Of a DNA stretch of 64,000 bases, positions 19,710-31,547 are shown piece by piece; within the stretch, counting starts at the first letter, position 1; every line of letters begins with the position of its first letter. The notes under the pieces were generated by a model. That model saw nothing but the letters and a program-made list of their open reading frames with translations, searched no databases and was not told where the DNA came from. The stretch comes from Sedimentisphaeraceae bacterium JB056 (lineage in GTDB: Bacteria > Planctomycetota > Phycisphaerae > Sedimentisphaerales > Sedimentisphaeraceae): NCBI GenBank assembly GCA_044440125.1, contig JBITAJ010000015.1, positions 256,001-320,000 of the forward strand, in the 5' to 3' direction. Position numbers and translations under genes: made by a program.

Positions 19710-21581
19710 CTAAAAGCTCTTTATCATTTCGGCGATTGCTTCGGGACTCATCCCCATATCATTTAGCTGAACGTCTCTCGAAGCTTTTTTGATGTAGGAG
19801 TCGGGCCCGCCTATTATCTTGAATTTGCCCTTAATCTCTCCTGTTTGACTGCTTATTTCCTCAAGTATCGCAGAACCCAAACCGCATGCTATGCTGTGTT
19901 CTTCAAGGACAATTATGTTCTTGCCTTTTTTAGCAATATCGACGATATACTGGTCTATAGGTTTCGCAAATCTTGTATTTATCACATCGATTTTGATGTT
20001 CTCCTGCTCAAGAAGCTGGGCTGCATTGACTGCTCTTGAGAGCATCGTACCATAGGAAACTATCACCGTGTCGGCATCATTTTGTGTAAGAGGCATACAC
20101 TTGCCGTATTCAAACGGCTCGTTTAGTTGCGGATATTTTTGCTGCATTTCAACACAGACAGAATCCCTTGGGTACCTCAAGGCGACAGGTTTGCCGCAAT
20201 TAGCTGCGTATCTCAATGCTGAGTGCATCTCAGCTTCGCAAGCCGGAGCCAGTACCACCATATTAGGCAGCATTCGCAAAAATCCTATATCAAGAAGCCC
20301 ATGGTGAGTTGCTCCATCATATCCTACAACACCGGCTCTGTCTATGCAAAGCACAACAGGCAAATCCTGCAGGGATACTTCGTGAGCTATCTGGTCGAAG
20401 CTTCTTTGGAAGAATGTGGAGTATATGCAGACGAATGGTTTTAGTCCGCTCTTTGCCATTCCTGCTGCGATATCAACCGCTGCGCTTTCAGCAATTCCAA
20501 CGTCGTAGTATCTATCAGGGAACAGCTCGCGGAATTTATTTAATCCAGTGCCGTCGGGCATTGCCGCCGTGATCGCTGTTATTTTTTCATCTTCTGAGGC
20601 TATTTGTGCCAAAGCTTCGCCGAATACTCCCGTATAGCTTTTACCACATGACGGTTTACAATTTCCATCTTGGCAGAATGGGCCGGTGGAGTGGAATTTT
20701 GACGGGTTTGTGTCTGCCGGTTCATATCCCTTGCCTTTTCTTGTGTAAACGTGGAGAACGGCAGGGTGTTTCAAATCCTTCAGTGCCTTGAAGAGTCTTA
20801 TAAGTGAACCTATGTCGTGTCCATCAACAGGCCCGAAATAGGCAAGATTCATGCTTTCAAAGAGTCTGCTTGCCGGCAGAGCCATACGAATTGTCTTTTT
20901 GAATCTTTCAAGCGCGCCGTCAACGGCTTTACCTATCAACGGTACATGCTCCAGTATGTTTTTGGAGGTTCTTACAAGTTCTTCATACGTATGGTTAAGC
21001 CGCATCCTCGAAAAAATTTCAGCTACGGCTCCCTGTGTTACATCAATGCTCATTGAGTTGTCATTGAGAACAACCAGCATTTGTCTATTCAGAGATTGGA
21101 GATTGTTTATGGCTTCAAGAGATGCGCCGTTTACAATGCTGCCGTCACCAACAAGAGCCACGATTTTTTCATCAGTCTTGTTTTGTATGGAAGCCAGTCC
21201 CATACCAAGGGCCGTTCCGATAGAAGTACCTGCGTGTCCTACTTCAAATCTGTCATACTCACTTTCGGTAGGTTGAGGGAAGCCGCTTACACCGTCTTCT
21301 TTTCTGAGTTTGTCGAAACCTTCACGCCGTCCCGTAAGGATTTTGTGTGTATAACATTGATGACCGACATCCCAAAGCAAATGATCTGTCTTGAAATCAA
21401 AAACGTAATGCAGTGCTATCGTCGTTTCAACAACTCCCAGATTGCTTGCAAGGTGTCCGCCGTTTACGCCGACTTTATCAATAATGAAATCTCTTATTTC
21501 TGCAGCCAGAGTTTCAAGTTCTGAAACGCTTAGTTGTCGCAGTTCTTGTGGACTGTTTATTTTTTCGAGATATTTGTACAT
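19710..21581 (-). CDS. dxs: 1-deoxy-D-xylulose-5-phosphate synthase
   Basis: GGHLASNLGVVE, WDVGHQCY.HK, GHAGTS, GDGS, GPVDGHD, DVGIAE, DRAGVVG.DGATHHG. Confidence 0.97.
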   Translation of the reverse strand: MYKYLEKINSPQELRQLSVSELETLAAEIRDFIIDKVGVNGGHLASNLGVVETTIALHYVFDFKTDHLLWDVGHQCYTHKILTGRREGFDKLRKEDGVSGFPQPTESEYDRFEVGHAGTSIGTALGMGLASIQNKTDEKIVALVGDGSIVNGASLEAINNLQSLNRQMLVVLNDNSMSIDVTQGAVAEIFSRMRLNHTYEELVRTSKNILEHVPLIGKAVDGALERFKKTIRMALPASRLFESMNLAYFGPVDGHDIGSLIRLFKALKDLKHPAVLHVYTRKGKGYEPADTNPSKFHSTGPFCQDGNCKPSCGKSYTGVFGEALAQIASEDEKITAITAAMPDGTGLNKFRELFPDRYYDVGIAESAAVDIAAGMAKSGLKPFVCIYSTFFQRSFDQIAHEVSLQDLPVVLCIDRAGVVGYDGATHHGLLDIGFLRMLPNMVVLAPACEAEMHSALRYAANCGKPVALRYPRDSVCVEMQQKYPQLNEPFEYGKCMPLTQNDADTVIVSYGTMLSRAVNAAQLLEQENIKIDVINTRFAKPIDQYIVDIAKKGKNIIVLEEHSIACGLGSAILEEISSQTGEIKGKFKIIGGPDSYIKKASRDVQLNDMGMSPEAIAEMIKSF

Positions 21582-21617
21582 GCTGTTTCTGTAAATTATT
21601 TAGTTCAACTGTTACTG

Positions 21618-22520
21618 TTATTTTGTACGGTGAAGGAGCATAAAAATCAAACCTCTCAGCAGTTGAGCTTTGTCGCCAAAATCTTTCAGTAATTCCAACG
21701 CCTCATTTGCCAGTTTTTCCGCGGCTTCTTTTGATTTCTCCATGCCGAGAATAGCAGGGTAGGTGGCTTTGCCTTGCTCAAGGTCTTTGCCAACGGTTTT
21801 CCCCATTTGTTCTGTAGTAGCGGTGATATCAAGTATGTCGTCAGCTACCTGGAAACCAAGCCCGATTTTCAATCCGTATATTGTCATCTTTGATATGACA
21901 TCGCTTGACGCTCCTGCTGCAATAGCACCCAGTGCCGCGGCACCGGAGAACATCATAGCTGTTTTATTATTATGTATATAATTCACCATTTCAATGTCAG
22001 GTTCGGTCTGCTCTGAAAGCATATCGGCCATTTGGCCTGCCACCATTCCTGAGGGACCGGCAACGCAGGATAATATGCCAACCATCTTAATTGCTTTATT
22101 TGAATCGCATACGTCTGTAGCGAGAAGCTCAAATGCAAGAGTCAGAAGGGCATCACCAGTGAGTATTGCGGTTGCCTCATCGTATTTTTTGTGTACGGTT
22201 GGACGGCCTCTTCTAAGGTCATCGTCATCCATAGCAGGCAAATCATCATGAACAAGAGAATAGGTATGCACCATCTCCATGGCTGCTGCTGCTGTTTTGG
22301 CATCATTATTGACTTCGCCGCATATCATTTTGCAAACCCACATTATAACCGCGGCACGGGCCCTTTTGCCTTCGCCATAAAGAGCATATTCCATCGCTTC
22401 TTTGAGTTTGCGCTCTATTTCACTTTGCTCACTCATTACTTCATGAAGAAATTTGTTTATTTCTTCCGCTGATTTAACGAGTTCATTCTTTACAGTTTCC
22501 TGCTCTGCTATTTTTTGCAT
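21618..22520 (-). CDS. ispA: Polyprenyl (farnesyl/geranylgeranyl) diphosphate synthase
   Basis: HTYSLVHDDLPAMDDDDLRRGRPT, GLGFQVADDILD, GKDLEQGKATYP; start uncertain (ATG 22520 vs TTG 22547). Confidence 0.9.
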   Translation of the reverse strand: MQKIAEQETVKNELVKSAEEINKFLHEVMSEQSEIERKLKEAMEYALYGEGKRARAAVIMWVCKMICGEVNNDAKTAAAAMEMVHTYSLVHDDLPAMDDDDLRRGRPTVHKKYDEATAILTGDALLTLAFELLATDVCDSNKAIKMVGILSCVAGPSGMVAGQMADMLSEQTEPDIEMVNYIHNNKTAMMFSGAAALGAIAAGASSDVISKMTIYGLKIGLGFQVADDILDITATTEQMGKTVGKDLEQGKATYPAILGMEKSKEAAEKLANEALELLKDFGDKAQLLRGLIFMLLHRTK

Positions 22521-22632
22521 ATAAAATCCGATTGGTAAAAGTATCAAACCATTGGCTTTTAAGCCATAAATCTGTTATTATATAAATTTTCGAGAATATG
22601 ACACCAATAAAATATAAGATTACGAGTGATTG

Positions 22633-23556
22633 ATGAATAGAGAAAAGATACTGATTCTTGGAGTTACGGCCAGCGGCAAGAGCCGTCTTGCTTTTGATCT
22701 TGCTAAAGATATGGAGACTGAGGTTATAAGTATAGATTCCATGAAGGTTTACAAGAAAATGGATATTGGTACTGCCAAGCCGTCTTTAGAAAACAGAAAA
22801 ATTGTAAACTATCATCTTCTGGATGTTGTTGAGCCTTGGGAGTCTTTCGGTGTTAATAAATTTCTGGAGCTTGAGGGAAAGGCAGAGAAAGACATTCTTT
22901 CCAGAAGAAAATGCCTGATTGCAGCCGGTGGTACATCAATGTACATCAAAAATCTCCTTTACGGACTCTTTGAAGGGCCGGGAACCGATGAGGCAATACG
23001 CGAAAAACTCAAAAAGCAGCTTGAAACAGAAGGGCAGATGCTGATGCACCAGCGTCTTGCCAAGGTAGACCCTGAAGCGGCCGAGAGAATACATCCCAAT
23101 GATGCAAAGCGGCTTGTGCGGGCACTTGAGGTCTATGAGATTACTGGAAAACCGATATCTTCATTTCAAACCCAGTTTAATTCCTCTCCTGATCCAAGCT
23201 GGTTTGTGATTGGCATAAGGCGGCCTAAAGAGGTTGAAAGCAAGCGTATAAACGCCAGGGTTAAGAAAATGGTGGAAATGGGGCTTGTAGAAGAGGCAAA
23301 AGAGCTTTTTAATATGGAAAGACCTTTGAGTAAGCAAGCTTCCGTAGCTATCGGTTATACAGAGTTTTTTGACTATTTCAAGGGGAAAATCACTCTCGAA
23401 AAAGCCATCGAGCAGGTAAAGATCAACACCAGAAGACTTGCCAAGGGGCAGCGAACATGGTTCAAAAGCTTTGAAGGTGTAAACTGGATAGACGCTGACG
23501 AGGATACCGATCCGAAAGATGTTCTCAGACGAGCTAAAGAATTGATAAATTCTTGA
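22633..23556 (+). CDS. miaA: tRNA dimethylallyltransferase
   Basis: GVTASGKS, SIDSMKVYKKMDIGTAKP, GGTSMY, RLVRALEV, TRRLAKGQRTWF. Confidence 0.96.
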   Translation: MNREKILILGVTASGKSRLAFDLAKDMETEVISIDSMKVYKKMDIGTAKPSLENRKIVNYHLLDVVEPWESFGVNKFLELEGKAEKDILSRRKCLIAAGGTSMYIKNLLYGLFEGPGTDEAIREKLKKQLETEGQMLMHQRLAKVDPEAAERIHPNDAKRLVRALEVYEITGKPISSFQTQFNSSPDPSWFVIGIRRPKEVESKRINARVKKMVEMGLVEEAKELFNMERPLSKQASVAIGYTEFFDYFKGKITLEKAIEQVKINTRRLAKGQRTWFKSFEGVNWIDADEDTDPKDVLRRAKELINS

Positions 23557-23574
23557 TATAAAATATGTTGTGAT

Positions 23575-23609
23575 AAAAAAAGGCCGGTATAACATACCGG
23601 CCTTTTTTT
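23575..23609. terminator. Bidirectional intrinsic terminator
   Basis: AAAAAAAGGCCGGTAT-AAC-ATACCGGCCTTTTTTT between convergent genes. Confidence 0.85.
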
Positions 23610-23621
23610 CTTTAAGCGTGA

Positions 23622-24185
23622 TTAGTTCAGTTCTTTGTCTTTCCAGTACTTTGTCCCACTCAAAGTTGCCTGTAAAGTTATACCTGATTCAGTAAATTCA
23701 TATAAAGACATACCGCTTGCCAGTGTTCCGGAAGCTTCAGCCGCACCACCTTTTTCGCCTGATTTGGCTGATGCATCAGCATTGGCTCCAAATTCCCAGC
23801 CGCTGGTTATGAATTTATTCATCGTCTCTTTACTATGGAAAACGACGATAGCCCGGAAATCCTTAACTCCGATTCCCAGACCTATTCCGGCTTCTCCCAT
23901 TTTCATATATGTCTTTTCGCCTGTATTGTTGTTAACGACCATTCCATAGCCGCCGCCGCCACTGACGAATATTACGTTGACATTCACGTTACTGAAAACG
24001 CCATAACCTTCAGCTTTATCGATGATATTTTTGCCTTCATCGATTTCTTGATAAAATTGCTGCAAGCTTTTAACTCTCATTTCATTGATTTCGTCTCTTC
24101 TTTGATCAATGGTGAGATCTTTGCTTGGTCCACAACCGGAGATAATTACGGCAAATGCCAATAATGCTAAAATTTTAATTCTCAT
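23622..24185 (-). CDS. YSC84/SYLF-related lipid-binding lipoprotein
   Basis: Lipobox IISGC; GYGVF, VSGGGGYG, GIGLGIG, GWEFGANADA, LSGTKYWKD. Confidence 0.8.
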   Translation of the reverse strand: MRIKILALLAFAVIISGCGPSKDLTIDQRRDEINEMRVKSLQQFYQEIDEGKNIIDKAEGYGVFSNVNVNVIFVSGGGGYGMVVNNNTGEKTYMKMGEAGIGLGIGVKDFRAIVVFHSKETMNKFITSGWEFGANADASAKSGEKGGAAEASGTLASGMSLYEFTESGITLQATLSGTKYWKDKELN

Positions 24186-24327
24186 CATATACTCCTTCAA
24201 CAATAATTAGTAATAATATTATACTACATCTATTATTGATTTTATAAAAGCTCAGTTAAGCTGTCAATAAGGAAAAAACTGCTATTTGAGTTTTCTGATA
24301 AGAATAAGTATTTAGTGTTTTCGGGAA

Positions 24328-24774
24328 TTATTGGTTTTCCATTGCGTATTTTGCATGTTCAGCGAGTTGTTTTATCAACTCAGCCTTTTTGACTTCGTGG
24401 CTTCTTATCTGAGTGGCGTAGGCATCGGCTGAGAGTATATCTTCAGCCTTTTCTATCATCTGCTCTACTTCTTCCATTGGTATTCCATCGAAACCGGTAA
24501 CATCATATGCCAGAATGGTCGCATTGTTTTCGGCAAACTGAACAAAGCCGCCATCAATTAGGAAACTTTGGTCTGGTATTTGCTGCCCATCATTGTCAAC
24601 TACCTTTTTGGCTACCATTATTCCAAGACCGAGTTCTGAGACGATCGAACAATGGCCGCGCATTATTCCAAGCTGTCCGTCAACGGCAGGTACAATCAGC
24701 GAATGAACAAAGCAGTCGAGTAGATTGCGGTTTCGCGTTATAAGTTTACATTTGAATACGGAGAAGTCAGCCAT
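24328..24774 (-). CDS. atpC: F1Fo ATP synthase epsilon subunit
   Basis: VPAVDGQLGIMRGH, IDGGFVQ; last gene of atp operon. Confidence 0.88.
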   Translation of the reverse strand: MADFSVFKCKLITRNRNLLDCFVHSLIVPAVDGQLGIMRGHCSIVSELGLGIMVAKKVVDNDGQQIPDQSFLIDGGFVQFAENNATILAYDVTGFDGIPMEEVEQMIEKAEDILSADAYATQIRSHEVKKAELIKQLAEHAKYAMENQ

Positions 24775-24785
24775 TGTTTATCCTC

Positions 24786-26225
<1,440 letters not shown>

Positions 26226-26276
26226 TTATATTGCTAAATATTCTTCAAACGGTTTTTGCCGCTGATTTCAGAAACA

Positions 26277-27170
26277 TTATTTCATAGCCTCAACACCGCC
26301 AATTATATCCATCAGGTCGCCGGTTATTTGTCCCTGACGTGCTCGATTATATTCACCCTGAAGTTCCTTAAGCATATTATCAGCATTCTCAGTAGCACTT
26401 TTCATTGCTACGACTCTCGAAAGATGTTCGCTTAATGCAGAATCAAGGAAGCATCCTGAAAGAGCTGAGCGTATCATCATATAGATCAGAGAATTAAATA
26501 TCTCGTCTATTGAAGGCGTAAGCTCGAATTCAGACGGGTTGGTTTTCCATGGCCATATTATTGTCGAACGGGTCGTTAGGTCATCTATCAGATCGGCAAC
26601 CGGCAGAATCGAAAGTGTTTGAGCATGCTGACTTGCCAGTGAGAAGAACCTTGTATATATAACGCCAAAGTAATCAATCTCTTTCTTCTCATATTGATCG
26701 ATGAAGCTGTCTGCTATTGCATCAACCTGCTGTGGAGTCGGAACTTCATCAAAGTCGGTATATTCCTTAACTATCGGAATTTTCTTGGACCTTAAGTATG
26801 AAATAGCCTTTTTGCCGGCAGCGTATACCTTAAGATTTTTACGGAACCGTTTCGCTCTTTTAATGTGCACATCTATAAGATGATTTATCTTGTTATTGAA
26901 ACCGCCGCAAAGACCGCGGTTTGATCCCATTACGAGAATTGCAAAATTTCCGCTGTTATTATCTTCCATAAGCGGATGTTTGATTGTTCTTTCTGAAGTC
27001 AGTATAAGGTACGCAAGCCTTGCGAGTTCGTCATCAAACTGCTGACGATTTCGCCATGTTTCAAGGTATTTGCGATATCTCGATGTAGAGATCATCTCCA
27101 TCGTTCTCGTTACCTTGCAGATATTGGCAACTGCTTTATGTCTTTGCTGTATTTGCCTTGTACCGGCCAT
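26277..27170 (-). CDS. atpG: F1Fo ATP synthase gamma subunit
   Basis: KVTRTMEMIS, NRGLCGGFN, SEHLSRVVAMKSATENA, YNRARQGQIT. Confidence 0.95.
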   Translation of the reverse strand: MAGTRQIQQRHKAVANICKVTRTMEMISTSRYRKYLETWRNRQQFDDELARLAYLILTSERTIKHPLMEDNNSGNFAILVMGSNRGLCGGFNNKINHLIDVHIKRAKRFRKNLKVYAAGKKAISYLRSKKIPIVKEYTDFDEVPTPQQVDAIADSFIDQYEKKEIDYFGVIYTRFFSLASQHAQTLSILPVADLIDDLTTRSTIIWPWKTNPSEFELTPSIDEIFNSLIYMMIRSALSGCFLDSALSEHLSRVVAMKSATENADNMLKELQGEYNRARQGQITGDLMDIIGGVEAMK

Positions 27171-27171
27171 T

Positions 27172-28695
27172 TTACAATCCGAAAGAGAATCTGTAAATAT
27201 TCTTATAAACGCTTATTATTTCTTTGAGGTCGGCAGCCATTTCGTCTGTCAACTTGCCGGACTCTTCTATTTCAGTAATATACTCTTTGGCTTCAAGTCT
27301 TATCCATGTCAGAAGCTCATTTATGAAGTTTTGAACCTGATCAGTCTCAACATCATCGAGTACTCCACATGAGCCGGCAAAGATAGATATGACTTGCTCG
27401 GACACATCCATTGGAGAAAATTGCTGCTGCTTAAGTATCTCAACCATTTTGTATCCACGGTCAAGTTGAGACTGTGCGGCAGAATCAAGCTCTGTACCAA
27501 GACGGGCAAAATCTTCCAGCTCACGGAATGCGGCAAGATCAAGCCTGAGCCTTCCGGCTATCTTCTTCATCGCCGGAACCTGTGCATCACCGCCCACACG
27601 ACTAACGCTGATACCAACATCAACCGCAGGACGTATGCCCGATAGGAATAGGTCCTTCTGCAGATATATCTGCCCATCGGTGATTGATATTATATTCGTT
27701 GGAATATATGCTGAAACCTGACCTTCAAGTGTTTCGATTATAGGCAGGGCAGTAAGTGAACCGCCTCCAAGTTCATCGCTGAGCTTCACGCCTCTTTCGA
27801 GCAGACGACTATGGAGATAGAAAATGTCACCGGGGAATGCTTCACGTCCTGGAGGGCGACGAAGCAGAAGGCTAAGCTCTCTGTAGGCTACTGAATGTTT
27901 TGAAAGGTCATCGTAAACACAAAGTGTTGCCGCTCCTTTTTCATACATAAAATGTTCTGCTATGGTGCATCCTGCATATGGTGCTATATATTGAAGCGGG
28001 GCACTGTCTGCGGCGCTTGCTGCGACAACTACAGTATATTCCATTGCGCCGTTTTGCTGAAGTATTTCAACAACCTCAGCTATTGTGGAATCTTTCTGGC
28101 CTATCGCTACATATACGCAGATAACACCGCGATCTTTCTGGTTGATTATTGTATCAAGAGCTATGGCTGTTTTGCCTGTTTTACGGTCTCCGATAATAAG
28201 TTCACGCTGTCCGCGTCCAATCGGAATCATTGCATCTATCGATTTTAAACCCGTTAGCAGCGGCTCCTTCACAGGTTGTCGACCTGCGATACCGACGCTT
28301 GCTGCATCAACAAGGCGATACTTATCAGCTTCGATATTTCCTTTGCCGTCAACAGGCTCACATAGCGGATTGACAACTCTGCCAAGTATCTTGTCGCTTA
28401 CAGGCAGTGTCAATACTTTTCCTGTTGATTTGACGATGGAACCCTCTCTGATATTGCTGTAGTCGCCATAAACAACAGCCCCGATGGAGTCTTCCTCAAG
28501 GTTGAATACTTCACCCGGTATGCCGCCTTCGAACTCGAGCATTTCGTTATTCATTGCGTTTTCTAAGCCGTAGATTCTTGCGATACCATCGCCAATTTCC
28601 ATCACACGGCCTACAGTGGCAACATTAAGCTCGTTTTTGTAGCTGCTTATTTCCTGTTTTATAAGCGAACTTATTTCTTTAACATCAAATTTCAT
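27172..28695 (-). CDS. atpA: F1Fo ATP synthase alpha subunit
   Basis: [47 protein letters not shown]; start taken at MKFDVKEIS. Confidence 0.97.
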   Translation of the reverse strand: MKFDVKEISSLIKQEISSYKNELNVATVGRVMEIGDGIARIYGLENAMNNEMLEFEGGIPGEVFNLEEDSIGAVVYGDYSNIREGSIVKSTGKVLTLPVSDKILGRVVNPLCEPVDGKGNIEADKYRLVDAASVGIAGRQPVKEPLLTGLKSIDAMIPIGRGQRELIIGDRKTGKTAIALDTIINQKDRGVICVYVAIGQKDSTIAEVVEILQQNGAMEYTVVVAASAADSAPLQYIAPYAGCTIAEHFMYEKGAATLCVYDDLSKHSVAYRELSLLLRRPPGREAFPGDIFYLHSRLLERGVKLSDELGGGSLTALPIIETLEGQVSAYIPTNIISITDGQIYLQKDLFLSGIRPAVDVGISVSRVGGDAQVPAMKKIAGRLRLDLAAFRELEDFARLGTELDSAAQSQLDRGYKMVEILKQQQFSPMDVSEQVISIFAGSCGVLDDVETDQVQNFINELLTWIRLEAKEYITEIEESGKLTDEMAADLKEIISVYKNIYRFSFGL

Positions 28696-28782
28696 ATTGT
28701 ACCAATCGTTTTTATGAGCGTTTGCTACGCAGTTACAGACATTGGTCGACAAGCCGATCATCTATCGGAATATGTCGTTATA

Positions 28783-29346
28783 TTATGCTTTAATTTTGTT
28801 TTTGATTCTTGATTTGGCATCAGATAATATGCGTCTTAGAGAGTTGTCAACATACTCTCCCCCATGACGTATTATGATACCGCCCAGAATCTCAGGGTCT
28901 ATGCTATAGATTATCTTCACCTGAGCATTAACCGCATCACTCAATTTTTTCTCAAGCTCAGTTTTCTGCTCATCAGTCATTTGCGATGCGACTGTAACGT
29001 CTATTCGCTTTATTCCGTTATGTTCATCGAGTAGTTTTTCGTAGACTCTGGTTGTATCTTTAAGATATCTGAGTCTGTCACGGCGAAGCATTGATACCAG
29101 CAAACCTATTGCCAGTTTATCTGCTTTGCCGTCCAGGACTTTATCAACAAGAGCTATCTTCTCACTGAGCTGCACAAATGGAGAACACAGGATTGATGTA
29201 AAATCCTTTTCCTGTTCCAGTAAGTCTGCTAAGTCACTGAGCTCTTCAAACATCTGCTGGCATTTGTCCTCCTCTATTGCGAGTTCAAATACCACTGATG
29301 CATAGGTTTCAGCAATAACTTCAGTTTTCAGGTTTTCAGCTGCCAT
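28783..29346 (-). CDS. atpH: F1Fo ATP synthase delta subunit
   Basis: YASVVFELA, IDPEILGGIIIR...VDNSL; operon position. Confidence 0.92.
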   Translation of the reverse strand: MAAENLKTEVIAETYASVVFELAIEEDKCQQMFEELSDLADLLEQEKDFTSILCSPFVQLSEKIALVDKVLDGKADKLAIGLLVSMLRRDRLRYLKDTTRVYEKLLDEHNGIKRIDVTVASQMTDEQKTELEKKLSDAVNAQVKIIYSIDPEILGGIIIRHGGEYVDNSLRRILSDAKSRIKNKIKA

Positions 29347-29349
29347 TGC

Positions 29350-29955
29350 TTATGTCGTTCCCTGAATGTTTCTGAATTTGTTAATAGCATCATCAATGAG
29401 CTTTTTGTTATCGTCAGCTGTTAGCGTTTTGCTGAAGATCTCACTTCCAAGAGAACACACCATCTCTCCGGCATCATCCCAGAGTGTTTTTCGTGCAGAT
29501 TCGACTGCCTTGTCGATGTCCTCTTTTGCTCTGCTCTTTATACCCTCAGCTTCTTTTTTAGCAGCGTTGATTATATCACCGGCTTTGTTTTGTCCTTTTT
29601 CGACTTCTTTTTCAGCAAGCAATCTAGCTTCATCCTGTGCCGCTGCTATTTTCTTCTCGTATTCTGCCAGTCTTTCGTTGGCAAGTCTTCGAGTTTCTTC
29701 GGCTTTGCTTATCTCTGAAGATATATGGTCTTCACGTGCCTTCAAGCCGGCAAGCAATGGTTTCCAGGCAAATTTCTTTAAAGCGAATAGAAGGACAGCG
29801 AACCATACAAGAGTCCATATTGATTCACCGGGATAGCCGCTGAATACAGAACTTTCTGATGAATGCTCTGCTTCTGCCATAGGTGTTTCCGAGGCAAATA
29901 CGGCTGCTGTGAAAAGCATTGGGTAAACAGCTGTTATATATCTTTTAAGCTGCAT
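29350..29955 (-). CDS. atpF: F1Fo ATP synthase b subunit
   Basis: IWTLVWFAVLLFALKKFAWKPLLAGLKARE followed by charged coiled coil. Confidence 0.92.
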   Translation of the reverse strand: MQLKRYITAVYPMLFTAAVFASETPMAEAEHSSESSVFSGYPGESIWTLVWFAVLLFALKKFAWKPLLAGLKAREDHISSEISKAEETRRLANERLAEYEKKIAAAQDEARLLAEKEVEKGQNKAGDIINAAKKEAEGIKSRAKEDIDKAVESARKTLWDDAGEMVCSLGSEIFSKTLTADDNKKLIDDAINKFRNIQGTT

Positions 29956-29966
29956 CTACCTACGCC

Positions 29967-30263
29967 TTAAATTACGCTTAACAAACAAATAATTAAAGCA
30001 AACAGTGTAACACCTTCGATCAAAGCTGCAGCAATAATCATACAGGTGAAGATTCTTCCGCCTGCCTCAGGTTGTCTTGCGATAGCTTCTGTAGCGCGTC
30101 CGGCAAGGTTACCGATACCGATACCGGCACCTATTACAATAAGACCGCAAGCCAGAAGACCGCCCAGCATTCCAAGGCCTTTGTCGTCAAGATCAATATT
30201 GACCTCTGCAAGCAATGTAGGTATTACAGTTAATAAAGTTGTAAACATATTTTTAATCTCCAT
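29967..30263 (-). CDS. atpE: F1Fo ATP synthase c subunit
   Basis: GAGIGIG, ARQPEA loop, AALIEGVTLF. Confidence 0.95.
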   Translation of the reverse strand: MEIKNMFTTLLTVIPTLLAEVNIDLDDKGLGMLGGLLACGLIVIGAGIGIGNLAGRATEAIARQPEAGGRIFTCMIIAAALIEGVTLFALIICLLSVI

Positions 30264-30294
30264 TTATTAAAATGTTATTTTATACTCGTATCGT

Positions 30295-31077
30295 CTAATG
30301 TTCAGGATGTATTGCGAAGCCTATGAATATTGCGGTCAGGAACGTAAAGATATACGCCTGAAGAAAAGCAACGAATATTTCAAGAAAACTCATTACAACC
30401 GTGAAGCTTATGGAAGCTGTAGCAACCATGAAATTTTTGTAAAGTATTATAAATCCTAATATAGTAGCAAGTAATATGTGACCTGCCAGTATATTAGCGA
30501 ACAGCCTTATAGCAAGAGAGAACATTCTTACAAAAGAACTTATCACCTCAAGACAGAACATTGGCGGCCACATTATCCACGGAACCTTTGGACAGAAGTC
30601 TTTGATATAGTTCTTTATACCGTTTTGTTTGATACCTGCGGCATGGAAGAATATAAAGGAAAACAGAGCAAGAGCTCCGGTTACCCATATATTTCCGGTA
30701 GGAGCACCGTAAAGATGGTTCTTTTTCTGGGTTATGAGCCAGATTATTCTGTCAGAAGGAACAAGTCCAAGAAGGTTCATTGTGAGTATGAAGAAGAAGA
30801 GAGTCCACAATACCATTACGTATTTGTCAGTGTCATCTTTAAGGAAAGGTCGGGCTATCTCTTCGCGGATGAAAACGCATATTGTTTCTATTACGTTTCC
30901 AAATCCTCTTCTTATTATCCGAATTTTTCCTACCGACAAAGGCAATATGATAAGAAGCAGTATAGCGGCAACGCCTATCATAAGCATATGGTTTGTAAAT
31001 TCAAACCAGCCTATCTTAAATAGCGTTTTACTCGCTATCTCCTCGAGGGGATTCGCTGTTATTAATGTTAATCTCAT
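30295..31077 (-). CDS. atpB: F1Fo ATP synthase a subunit
   Basis: NLLGLVP, FSLAIRLFANILAGH, LEIFVAFLQAYIFTFLT. Confidence 0.95.
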   Translation of the reverse strand: MRLTLITANPLEEIASKTLFKIGWFEFTNHMLMIGVAAILLLIILPLSVGKIRIIRRGFGNVIETICVFIREEIARPFLKDDTDKYVMVLWTLFFFILTMNLLGLVPSDRIIWLITQKKNHLYGAPTGNIWVTGALALFSFIFFHAAGIKQNGIKNYIKDFCPKVPWIMWPPMFCLEVISSFVRMFSLAIRLFANILAGHILLATILGFIILYKNFMVATASISFTVVMSFLEIFVAFLQAYIFTFLTAIFIGFAIHPEH

Positions 31078-31495
31078 TTTTCTTGTCTGCGAAAAAGTCT
31101 TTCTTTGTCCACTGGTGTTTTTTGATATATCTCATATTCAGAGAAGTATCCACCGCCAAGAACATGAAATAAATTATGGCAGTCCATATTAATAAAACAT
31201 GCTCTATCAAATTCGAGTTTTTCAGTACCGCTACTATAAAAATACCCATTAAGAGTATTCTCATAGCGGATCCAATCATAAATACAGCTATGAAACTGTT
31301 GAATTTCCGCTTATCCACCAGCACATAAGGTACTAACGATATGAGCCAGCTTATTGTAACGGCAGCTATCGCAAATCCGCATTCTTTGGACGAACCGCTA
31401 CCGATATAACTACTAATTCTGTAAATAAACGTCAGAATAAAGTATGCAATCAGTCCGCAAGAAATTACTTTGGTGAAATTTATCTTCTCTGACAT
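31028..31495 (-). CDS. Four-TM membrane protein, probable AtpI-like accessory subunit
   Basis: Four hydrophobic segments; directly upstream of and overlapping atpB. Confidence 0.6.
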   Translation of the reverse strand: MSEKINFTKVISCGLIAYFILTFIYRISSYIGSGSSKECGFAIAAVTISWLISLVPYVLVDKRKFNSFIAVFMIGSAMRILLMGIFIVAVLKNSNLIEHVLLIWTAIIYFMFLAVDTSLNMRYIKKHQWTKKDFFADKKNEININNSESPRGDSE

Positions 31496-31547
31496 ATCAG
31501 AGTACCTTCAGTATTGCAGAACCTGCGCATCTTCGAAAACATCAGCT

